A stretch of DNA of 64,000 bases, taken from NCBI GenBank assembly GCA_021787435.1, contig JAJYLY010000008.1:6319-70318 (forward strand), written 5' to 3'. Every line of letters starts with the position of its first letter. Position 1 is the stretch's first letter. Below the pieces are notes generated by a model that saw only the letters and a program-made list of their open reading frames with translations, ran no database searches and had not been told where the DNA came from. Shown piece after piece: positions 51,035-59,014 of this stretch. This DNA comes from Pseudomonadota bacterium (lineage in GTDB: Bacteria > Pseudomonadota > Gammaproteobacteria > Burkholderiales > Gallionellaceae). Position numbers and translations under genes: made by a program.

Positions 51035-51219
51035 TATTTAATCCAATACAATATCAGCAAACCGGAAAGCATCGCGGTCATGCCGATAAATCGTAGTTGT
51101 CCGTCCGTCAAGGAAACTAGCTTCTGGAAGGTTGTGCGCCAGATATCGGGAAAAAGAAAAGGTATCAATCCTTCAATCACCAGCATCATCGCAAACCCCA
51201 GCAGCCAGTAATTCAGCAC
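51034..51219 (-). CDS. DUF2065 (YjeT-like) small membrane protein
   Basis: 61 aa, two TM helices, LVIEGLIPFLFP motif. Conserved position after hflC. Confidence 0.7.
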
Positions 51220-52097
51220 TACTTGGCCTCCTTGCCGGGATTCTTCATGTACTTGAAGAAGGCTGAACTGGGGTCCACCACCATTACGTCACTCTTGTTC
51301 TTGAAGCTTTGCTTATATGCTTCAAGACTGCGATAGAACGCATAGAACTCGGCATTTTTGCCAAATGCAGCACCGTAAATTGCGGATGCCGTGGCATCGC
51401 CTTCACCTTTGGTCTGCTGTGCCTGACGGTACGCCTGAGCCAGAATCACTTCGCGTTGTTTGTCGGCATCCGCCTTGATCTTCTCACCTTCGGCCGCACC
51501 CGATGCGCGCAGCTCATTCGCCACCCGCTTGCGTTCCGCATCCATGCGGCGATAGACGGAGTCGCTGATCTCGGGCGGAAAATCCACGCGTTTCAAACGC
51601 ACATCGAGAACCTGTATGCCGATCTTTCGCGCATCCGAATCGATCTTTGTGCGCAGCACATTCATGATCTGTTCGCGCTCGCCGGACACCACTTCACTGA
51701 TGGTGCGCTTGCCAAATTCCTCGCGCATGCTTGAATTCACCGTCTGCTTCAAACGCGTATTGGCACGCTCCGGATCTCCGCCCACGCTGATGTAATACTG
51801 CTTGACATCGATGATGCGCCATTTGACGAACGAATCCACCATCACGTTTTTCTTCTCGGCCGTGATGAATCTCTCGGGCTCACCGGTATCCAGCGTCTGT
51901 ATGCGCGCATCAAAGAACCGCACGTTCTGCATCAGCGGAATCTTGAAATACAGACCCGGCTTCGTTTTCACGCTGACAATCTCACCCAACTGGAACACGA
52001 TTGCATCTTGACGCTGATCCACAACAAACATGCTGAGACTCAGCATGATCAGGACGACGACTGCGCCTATCAATATATTAGCAACACTGGTTTTCAT
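51219..52097 (-). CDS. hflC: FtsH protease modulator HflC
   Basis: N-terminal TM and an SPFH/band-7 domain. Follows hflK with a 4-nt overlap. Confidence 0.9.
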   Translation of the reverse strand: MKTSVANILIGAVVVLIMLSLSMFVVDQRQDAIVFQLGEIVSVKTKPGLYFKIPLMQNVRFFDARIQTLDTGEPERFITAEKKNVMVDSFVKWRIIDVKQYYISVGGDPERANTRLKQTVNSSMREEFGKRTISEVVSGEREQIMNVLRTKIDSDARKIGIQVLDVRLKRVDFPPEISDSVYRRMDAERKRVANELRASGAAEGEKIKADADKQREVILAQAYRQAQQTKGEGDATASAIYGAAFGKNAEFYAFYRSLEAYKQSFKNKSDVMVVDPSSAFFKYMKNPGKEAK

Positions 52098-53284
52098 CGG
52101 GCCTCCCGATCGCGGCTCAGCAGCGAATCTCGGGCTCGCTGCGCCGCATTATTATCATTACTCTGCGATGAAGGTGGTTCCGTCTTGTTCGATGATGAAA
52201 CATCCGCAACAGGAACTGGCGCACGGCTTGTTTCCATCAATTTGTCCAAGGGTAGATACAGAAGACTGTTGCCGGCTTTCTGATCGACCATCACCTTGCT
52301 GACATTGCCCATGATCTGCGACATCGTATCCAGATACATGCGCTCGCGAGTCACGACGGGCGCCTTTTCATACTCAACCAGTATCTGCTTAAAGCGGCTG
52401 GCATCACCCTCGGCATTGGCGATCACACTTTGTTTGTAGCCTTCGGATTCCTGTATCAGTCGCGCTGCTGTGCCGCTCGCACGCGGTATCACGTCATTCG
52501 CATAGGACTGGCCTTCATTTTTTTGCCGCTCGCGATCCTGCCCTGCCTTGACGGCATCGTCAAAGGATGCCTGCACCTGTTCCGGCGGCTGCGCATTCTG
52601 CATGGTCAGCTTGCTGATCTGGATGCCAGACTTGTAGCGGTTCAGAATATCCTGGATCAGCTTGGTCGCAGCGGCGGCCACCTGTTCACGACCTTCATAC
52701 AGCACGAAGTCCATCTTGTTTTTTCCGACCACTTCGCGCATCGCCGACTCTGCTACTTGACGCACATTTTCATCCGGGTTGCGGTTGTTGAAAAGATATT
52801 CGGCCGGATCGCTCAGCGTGTACTGGACCGCAAACTGGATATCGATGATGTTTTCATCTTCTGTAAGCATCAGCGATTCTTTCGGAATCTTGTTCTTGAC
52901 GTTGTCGCGATAACCGACTTCGACGGTACGAACCTCGCTTAGGTTGACAATCTCGACCGTTTCAATAGGATAAGGGATATGCCAGCGCGGACCGGGTTCG
53001 GTCGTTTCCACCATCTTGCCAAAGCGCAACACCACGCCGCGCTGGCTTGCATCGACAATATAGAAGCCGCTGGAAAGCCAGATCAGAATGACGATAGCGA
53101 CAACAAGCCCAATTCCGCCACCATTCATTTTTGGCATGCCTGGCCCGGAATTCTTGCCATCGCCGCCTTTGCCGCCTTTGCCGCCCATCAAGGATGCCAC
53201 CTTCGCATTCAATTTCCGCAGCAACTCATCCAGGTCTGGCGGGCCACCGTTCTTACTGCCCCATTTCGGGTCATTTAATCCCAT
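52094..53284 (-). CDS. hflK: FtsH protease modulator HflK
   Basis: GGPPDLDELLRKL N-terminus, a glycine-rich linker, a TM helix and an SPFH domain. Confidence 0.9.
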   Translation of the reverse strand: MGLNDPKWGSKNGGPPDLDELLRKLNAKVASLMGGKGGKGGDGKNSGPGMPKMNGGGIGLVVAIVILIWLSSGFYIVDASQRGVVLRFGKMVETTEPGPRWHIPYPIETVEIVNLSEVRTVEVGYRDNVKNKIPKESLMLTEDENIIDIQFAVQYTLSDPAEYLFNNRNPDENVRQVAESAMREVVGKNKMDFVLYEGREQVAAAATKLIQDILNRYKSGIQISKLTMQNAQPPEQVQASFDDAVKAGQDRERQKNEGQSYANDVIPRASGTAARLIQESEGYKQSVIANAEGDASRFKQILVEYEKAPVVTRERMYLDTMSQIMGNVSKVMVDQKAGNSLLYLPLDKLMETSRAPVPVADVSSSNKTEPPSSQSNDNNAAQRARDSLLSRDREAR

Positions 53285-54417
53285 GGCTCATTTCTCGCTT
53301 GTTTAATTTGATTTTCAATTTGCAAAGCAGCCAATCTGGTATCACGCGCCTCTGAAAGCGCAAGACGTAACTCATCTAGTCCCGCGCCGCTTTGGGCACT
53401 CACAAAAATGCGCACGATTCTACCATACTCGTCCCGCTCTACGCCGGGCAGCATATCGGCAAGGTCCACTTTATTCAACACCAGCAGTTGCGGGATCTCT
53501 CCTGCATTGATCTCAGCCAACACCTTATTCACCTCGGCAACCTGATCATCGCGATGGGGATTGCTGGCATCGACCACATGCAGCAGCAGGTCCGCATGTA
53601 TGGTTTCTTCCAGCGTACTGCGAAATGCTGCGACCAGACCGTGCGGAAGATGCCTTATAAAACCCACCGTATCCGACACCACAATCTCGCCCTCCCCTTC
53701 TGCATACATCCTGCGCGACGTGGTATCCAACGTTGCGAACAACTGGTTGGCCACATACACGCTGGATTTGGTAAGGCGATTGAACAGCGTGGATTTTCCC
53801 GCGTTGGTATAGCCCACAATGGATACGGAGAAAACGCCTGAACGATTGCGCGAACGGCGCTGCACATCGCGTTGATGCTTTAATTTTTCCAGGCGCTCCT
53901 TCAGCAGATGCACGCGTTTGTCCAGCTTTCGCCTGTCTAGCTCCAACTGGGTTTCGCCAGGGCCGCGAGCACCCACTGCAAATTTCTGCTGCCCCATGTC
54001 AGTATTGAGTCCCACGAGCCGAGTTGCAAGATATTTGAGCTGTGCGAGTTCGACCTGCACCTTGCCTTCATGGCTTTGCGCACGTTGCGCGAAAATATCC
54101 AGTATCAGCATAGTACGGTCGATCACGCGGGTATTGAGTGCCGCAGTCAGGTTGCGCATCTGCGCAGGCGTTAGATCATGATTGAAGATCACCAAAGGGA
54201 TTTCCATGCGCTCGACCATCTCGGCAATTTCCCGTACTTTGCCACTGCCCGCAAACAACGCCGCATCAGGGCGTATTCGTCTGGCCTCTACGGCCGCCAG
54301 CGTGCGCACGCCAGCGGTCTGGGCCAACAAACGCAACTCTTCCAGACTCTCCCGATAATCAGCATCGCCAAAATCTATGCTGACCAACAATGCCGATTCA
54401 GCACCCGCCTGTTTCAT
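53275..54417 (-). CDS. hflX: GTPase HflX
   Basis: HflX N-domain (LEELRLLAQTAG), G1 VGYTNAGKSTLFN, G3 DTVGF, G4 NKVD. Confidence 0.9.
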   Translation of the reverse strand: MKQAGAESALLVSIDFGDADYRESLEELRLLAQTAGVRTLAAVEARRIRPDAALFAGSGKVREIAEMVERMEIPLVIFNHDLTPAQMRNLTAALNTRVIDRTMLILDIFAQRAQSHEGKVQVELAQLKYLATRLVGLNTDMGQQKFAVGARGPGETQLELDRRKLDKRVHLLKERLEKLKHQRDVQRRSRNRSGVFSVSIVGYTNAGKSTLFNRLTKSSVYVANQLFATLDTTSRRMYAEGEGEIVVSDTVGFIRHLPHGLVAAFRSTLEETIHADLLLHVVDASNPHRDDQVAEVNKVLAEINAGEIPQLLVLNKVDLADMLPGVERDEYGRIVRIFVSAQSGAGLDELRLALSEARDTRLAALQIENQIKQARNEPWD

Positions 54418-54659
54418 TACTCGGCAGCGTCATCATCAAAGGACATATTGATCGCGCGTGCCGGAACGATAGTGGAAATGGCATGTTTGTATACCATCTG
54501 GATGACAGCATTGTTTTTTAGCAACACCACGTACTGATCGAAAGACTCAACCTGGCCTTGCAACTTGATGCCGTTGACAAGATAAATCGCCACCTGCACA
54601 TGTTCCTTGCGCAGACTGTTCAGAAAGGGGTCCTGCAACTGTTGGCCTTTTGCACTCAT
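54417..54659 (-). CDS. hfq: RNA chaperone Hfq
   Basis: [49 protein letters not shown]...[12 protein letters not shown] at 54659. Confidence 0.95.
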   Translation of the reverse strand: MSAKGQQLQDPFLNSLRKEHVQVAIYLVNGIKLQGQVESFDQYVVLLKNNAVIQMVYKHAISTIVPARAINMSFDDDAAE

Positions 54660-54774
54660 GTTATTGCTCTTTTTGTAAGTCAAGGGAAGCACACTTTACT
54701 GGATTCCGGAGCGAAAGACCAGATGCACAAAGAAATTTTAATGCCAGCATTGCGTAAAACCATTTACGCCTAAT

Positions 54775-55866
54775 TCATCCCGTGCGCCATATCCGGCAGG
54801 CGCCCTCATCAGACACCATGCAGGGGCCGATTGGGTGGCGCGGCGTACAGGCAGTATTGAAAAGCCTGCATTCGTCGGGATAGATTTTTCCCAGCACCAC
54901 GCGCGCGCAGTCGCAGCCAGGCGGCATCTCACCTGACCGCTTGCGGTCCTCCGTTTCATATTCCGCAAATACCTTGTGCGCATCGTATTTTGCAAAGCGC
55001 TCTGACAGTTCAAAACCGGATGCCGGGATGATGCCGATGCCTCGCCAGTTTGCATCGACGACATGCAGCACATTTTTGAGATGCGTTTGCGCCAGCGCAT
55101 TTCCGCCATTGCGCACCACCTCAGAATAACAGTTGTCGAGAAAATATTTTCCTTCCTGCAACTGACGCAACACGGAATAGATTGCGGCAAGCAGGGATGC
55201 CGGCGAAAACCCCGCGACTGCAGCCGGAATGCCATGCCGCTCCACCACAAAGCCCCACTCCTCCGGCCCCATCACGGTGGCGACATGGCCCGGCGCGATC
55301 AACGCATCAAAACCTGGCGCTTCTGAGTCAAGCAACATCGCCACCGCAGGCCAAGTCAGCCTGCACGAGAGCAACAGAAATAAATTATCCGGCACGCCTT
55401 CCATCAGCATCGCAGCCACAGGCGCCGTGGTGGTCTCGAAACCCGCGACGAAGAACACCACTTGCCGGCCGGGATTTTCCCTAGCAATTTTCAGCGCCTC
55501 CTGCGGACTCGATATCGGACGTATATCCGCACCTTTGGCCTTAGCTTGCTCCAGTGAGCGCGGTTCCATTTTTGGCACATTCACCGGCACGCGCAGCATG
55601 TCGCCGAAGGCTGCCAGGATAACGCCGGCGCGAAGGGCAAGCTGCATTGCAAGATACACATCTTCTTCCGGGCACACGCATACCGGACAGCCTGGGCCAG
55701 GAATCAGCTCAACATTCCGGGGCAACGCACTGCGCAGACCTGCCATAGAAATGGAGCGCTCGTGCCCACCGCACACGTTCATGATGCGCACGCGGCCTGC
55801 AAGCGACAGCGCGCGGATTCTGTCAAGCCAATGCTGAGCGCTTTTCAGCCTATCTTCAGTGAACAT
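54775..55866 (-). CDS. hypD: [NiFe]-hydrogenase maturation protein HypD
   Basis: MNVCGGHE, PGPGCPVCVCP, GFETTTAP, and a C-terminal Cys cluster CDCARVVLGK..C..CTPRHPIGPCMVSDEGAC. All motifs appear intact. Confidence 0.85.
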   Translation of the reverse strand: MFTEDRLKSAQHWLDRIRALSLAGRVRIMNVCGGHERSISMAGLRSALPRNVELIPGPGCPVCVCPEEDVYLAMQLALRAGVILAAFGDMLRVPVNVPKMEPRSLEQAKAKGADIRPISSPQEALKIARENPGRQVVFFVAGFETTTAPVAAMLMEGVPDNLFLLLSCRLTWPAVAMLLDSEAPGFDALIAPGHVATVMGPEEWGFVVERHGIPAAVAGFSPASLLAAIYSVLRQLQEGKYFLDNCYSEVVRNGGNALAQTHLKNVLHVVDANWRGIGIIPASGFELSERFAKYDAHKVFAEYETEDRKRSGEMPPGCDCARVVLGKIYPDECRLFNTACTPRHPIGPCMVSDEGACRIWRTG

Positions 55867-56092
55867 CGGGATCGTATGCCAGCAACTCGTCTAACAACTC
55901 CCAACTAGAACGCGCTTCCTGCTCGGTCATCTTCTGCAATGCATAACCCACATGAACCATCACGTAATCGCCTGCTGTGATGAGTTCATCCTGCAACATG
56001 AACAGGCTCACCTCACGCATCACGCCGCGCGCCTCACAACGCGCGTTGTAGCCTTCGATGGAAACGATTTTCATGGGAATACCGAGGCACAT
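55856..56092 (-). CDS. hypC: HypC/HybG/HupF-family hydrogenase maturation chaperone
   Basis: MCLGIPMKIVSIEG (essential N-terminal Cys2), 78 aa from ATG 56092. Overlaps the hypD start. Confidence 0.8.
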   Translation of the reverse strand: MCLGIPMKIVSIEGYNARCEARGVMREVSLFMLQDELITAGDYVMVHVGYALQKMTEQEARSSWELLDELLAYDPDVH

Positions 56093-56310
56093 CACAGTTT
56101 CCTGAAGTTGTAGTTCCTGCAGTATAGCAAGCATAATTCACCAACATCCAGCGCGCAGTTACCTGCCTGCTCATCCTCAGATTATCCTTTCGTTTGTATG
56201 CTGATATCCTCATATCAAAATCATCCTTGTCCGATACCCATTGCGCGACAGAGTAGCCAAAATCAACATCCCTGCGAGCCATGAATAAAAAACGTCAAAG
56301 GAGTAATGTC

Positions 56311-56427
56311 ATGATGCAAAAATTTGCGCAGTTTTCACGTTTTATTGAAAACTATCGTCACTACCGCAGAAAAGGACTCTATTACAAGGATGCATGGCAT
56401 CTGGCCAGCATGACGCTACCACAATAA
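56311..56427 (+). CDS. possible 38-aa small protein (unannotated by the >=60-aa track)
   Basis: ATG ATG at 56311, preceded by AAGGAG (56298-303) with a 7-nt spacer. It reads MMQKFAQFSRFIENYRHYRRKGLYYKDAWHLASMTLPQ*. No homology evidence is available. Confidence 0.25.
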   Translation: MMQKFAQFSRFIENYRHYRRKGLYYKDAWHLASMTLPQ

Positions 56428-56477
56428 CCCAGGCAGTCTGCTTGATCAGGCTGCATGCAAGACTTCAACAGACAGAT

Positions 56478-56840
56478 TCAACTCTGGTTCTCGACGCCGG
56501 GATCAGGCAATCCTGCCAACTGGCAGAGTGTTTGCACCGGACCGTTGGGGAACAGCTCATAGAGAAATTTTTTGTAAGCATATGTGTCACTAAAGTGCTT
56601 CTTCTGGTGCTTTCCCAAGGTATTCACCAATACATTCATGGTCGGATGTGTGTGATTTTCTTCATAATATTCGCGGAAGTAATCAACTAGCCCCAGCGAG
56701 GTATCATCTATCGGCCTGAGACCCGATTTTTCATATTCTTTCACCAGCATGTCGCCAACCTCATCATTCCAGTCATACAGATTTTTCAGAAAACCCGCCC
56801 TGTCAGTTTCGATGGTCTTACCGTTTACCGTAATGTTCAT
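56478..56840 (-). CDS. TusE/DsrC-family protein lacking the C-terminal-arm cysteine
   Basis: GFLKNLYDWNDEV, IDYFREYYEE-type core. The C-terminus ...VQTLCQLAGLPDPGVENQS* keeps the CxxAGLP cysteine but has no Cys in the terminal arm. Confidence 0.75.
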   Translation of the reverse strand: MNITVNGKTIETDRAGFLKNLYDWNDEVGDMLVKEYEKSGLRPIDDTSLGLVDYFREYYEENHTHPTMNVLVNTLGKHQKKHFSDTYAYKKFLYELFPNGPVQTLCQLAGLPDPGVENQS

Positions 56841-56901
56841 GATGATGCTCCAAAAATAAACCCTACCCGATACCCTGACGCAAGTTAGATAAAGATCCCG
56901 G

Positions 56902-57264
56902 CTAGCGTCCGCCGCCTCCCATGCCGCCTCCCATGCCGCCTCCCATGCCGCCTCCCATGCCGCCTCCTGGCGCCATCATACCTCTGGCTGGCGGTTCATC
57001 GGGCAGCGTCACACCACGCTCCTTGGCGCGCACCTTCATCTGCTCGTGGTGTTCATTACGTATCCTCTCGCGTTCCTCGGCAGTTTTCGCGGCTCGCATT
57101 CTTGAACGATATTCAGTGCGCTCCTGTGGCGTCATCAACTGGCTGCCGTAGATGCGCGTCTGCGACTGGGTTTGAACCTGCTCCTGCACACTCTCCTGAT
57201 CAGCAGCCCAGACACTCGGTATCACCAAAGTCAATGCAGACACCATCAATATTTTTTTTAGCAT
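56902..57264 (-). CDS. secreted Spy/CpxP/ZraP-like (LTxxQ-type) protein with Met/Gly-repeat tail
   Basis: Signal peptide MLKKILMVSALTLVIPSVWA, LMTPQERTEYRSRMRAAKTAEERERIRNEHHEQM, and tail GGGMGGGMGGGMGGGMGGGGR*. AGGAG SD upstream of ATG 57264 (6-nt spacer). Confidence 0.6.
   Translation of the reverse strand: MLKKILMVSALTLVIPSVWAADQESVQEQVQTQSQTRIYGSQLMTPQERTEYRSRMRAAKTAEERERIRNEHHEQMKVRAKERGVTLPDEPPARGMMAPGGGMGGGMGGGMGGGMGGGGR
56911..56967. repeat. 12-bp perfect tandem repeat GCCGCCTCCCAT x4 plus a partial copy (encodes MGGG units on the minus strand)
   Basis: Read directly: copies at 56911-22, 56923-34, 56935-46 and 56947-58, then GCCGCCTCC. Confidence 0.9.
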
Positions 57265-57280
57265 GGTTTTCTCCTCGCGA

Positions 57281-57316
57281 TAATACAAATACCATTCCCG
57301 CTAGGGGCGGAAATGG
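57281..57316 (-). terminator. hairpin + T-rich run downstream of hsp20
   Basis: CCATT(C)CCGC tagg(g) GCGG(A)AATGG at 57292-57316. On the minus strand it is followed by TATTTGTATTA. Confidence 0.4.
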
Positions 57317-57338
57317 CAATTATGGCCGGAACGACCTA

Positions 57339-57800
57339 TTACGCAATGGGGATTTCCTTCCTTGCAGAACCGGGCTTCTTGGGCAGGGTGAGTTCGAGCA
57401 CGCCGTTGTTATATTTGGCCTGTATCTGCCCCTCGTCCACTTCATCGGCAAGTGTGAAAGTGCGCGAAGCCATGCCGTAACTGCGCTCACAGCGTATCAC
57501 CCGCTCCCCTTCCTTGGCTTCTTTCTCCTGTTTCATCTCTGCGCTAATCGAAACTCTGTTGCCATCGACCGTCACATGGATGTCATCCTTGTTGACGCCA
57601 GGGATGTCGGCATGGATCAAATATTTGCCATCTGCCTCCTTCACATCCATCTTGATCTGCGGTTCAATACCCATTCCTTCGCGAAAAAACGGACGCATCA
57701 TCGATTTGTTTAACCTTTCAAACATATCGTCGATATCAAGAAATGGATCCAGACGTGTGAGGCCGCCTGCAAGCGGGGTAAATCGCGTAATTCCGTTCAT
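57339..57800 (-). CDS. Hsp20/alpha-crystallin family small heat-shock protein
   Basis: Alpha-crystallin domain: DVKEADGKYLIHADIPGVNKDDIHVTVDGNRVSISAE...ERSYG...F.L...V......A.YNNGVLELTLPK. Confidence 0.9.
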   Translation of the reverse strand: MNGITRFTPLAGGLTRLDPFLDIDDMFERLNKSMMRPFFREGMGIEPQIKMDVKEADGKYLIHADIPGVNKDDIHVTVDGNRVSISAEMKQEKEAKEGERVIRCERSYGMASRTFTLADEVDEGQIQAKYNNGVLELTLPKKPGSARKEIPIA

Positions 57801-58087
57801 GATTTTTCTCCTTTAGATTAATGGAGCATGGCGAGCATCAAACACGCCACACTGAATAATGGAAACACTGACCCGACTACAAAATCAGTTCATCACCTTT
57901 ATCGCTGCGGCAATTCTGTGCCCGCAAGCAGGAGTGCGCTATCAGAGGAGGATTATTTGTACCTCAATAAACTCGGGGGATAAGAAGGGATTTTCCTAGC
58001 TTGAGACGCGGCACAGCGCAAATTGCTTCATAACATGACGGAAAACGCACGACACATGCCGAACGCCCCACGGTATAATTACTCACT

Positions 58088-59014
58088 ATGCAGATACTCC
58101 GCGGACTTCACTGCCCTGAACACGATCCTGTTGCACTCACTGTCGGTAATTTCGATGGCGTGCATCTTGGTCACCAATCACTGCTCAATGAATTGAAGGC
58201 AGCGGCAAAGTCACGCTCGCTGAAAACAGCGGTGGTGATTTTCGAGCCGCACCCGCGCGAATTTTTTACCCCGCTTGATGCGCCGGCAAGGCTATCTTCA
58301 CTTCGCGAAAAACTGGAGATGTTTGAACTGCTGGGTATAGACCGCGTACATGTATGCCGATTTAATGCCGAGTTCGCGCAGATGAGTGCGGCTTATTTCA
58401 TTCATGCGCTACATGAAAAACTATTTGCGAAATATGTACTGATCGGCGATGACTTCCGTTTCGGCAGCAAACGCGCTGGCGACTTCGCACTGATGGAAAA
58501 AATTGCCGAACAGCAGGGCTTCGAGGTTAAGGCAGTCAACACCGTCAAAAATGACGGCGTGCGAATTTCCAGCACGGCAGTGCGTGCAGCGTTGGCGGCA
58601 GGTCAACTGCGCCGTGCGCATGATTATCTGGGCAGACATTACAGCATCAGCGGCCGCGTGGTTCACGGCGATGGCGTGGGGAAAAAACTCGGATATCCGA
58701 CCGCTAACGTGCAAATGAAACACAATCGTCCGCCATTGTCCGGCATCTTCGTGGTCGAGGTGCATGCGGCAGGTCATGGGGTGATGCGCGGTGTCGCAAG
58801 CCTGGGAGTACGCCCCACTCTGAAACACGATGCGAAACCCGTGCTGGAGGTGTACCTGTTCGAATTCGATCAGGATATTTATGGCAAGAAATTGCGCGTT
58901 GAGTTTTTGCAAAAGCACAGGGACGAAGAAAAGTTTTCCGATGTAGCTGCTCTGACCGGGCAAATCGCATTGGATGTGGAAAATGCAAAGAAATGGTTTG
59001 AACAACATGAATGA
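58088..59014 (+). CDS. ribF: bifunctional riboflavin kinase / FMN adenylyltransferase
   Basis: [23 protein letters not shown], and a [16 protein letters not shown] motif ([14 protein letters not shown]). Confidence 0.9.
   Translation: MQILRGLHCPEHDPVALTVGNFDGVHLGHQSLLNELKAAAKSRSLKTAVVIFEPHPREFFTPLDAPARLSSLREKLEMFELLGIDRVHVCRFNAEFAQMSAAYFIHALHEKLFAKYVLIGDDFRFGSKRAGDFALMEKIAEQQGFEVKAVNTVKNDGVRISSTAVRAALAAGQLRRAHDYLGRHYSISGRVVHGDGVGKKLGYPTANVQMKHNRPPLSGIFVVEVHAAGHGVMRGVASLGVRPTLKHDAKPVLEVYLFEFDQDIYGKKLRVEFLQKHRDEEKFSDVAALTGQIALDVENAKKWFEQHE

Noticed and set aside
57910-57923. Sigma-54-like promoter upstream of hsp20 (minus strand reads GGGCACAGAATTGC).
   Set aside because: The GG and GC elements are one base closer than the strict TGGCAC-N5-TTGC spacing. 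Sigma-54 promoters do not tolerate this, so it is not called.
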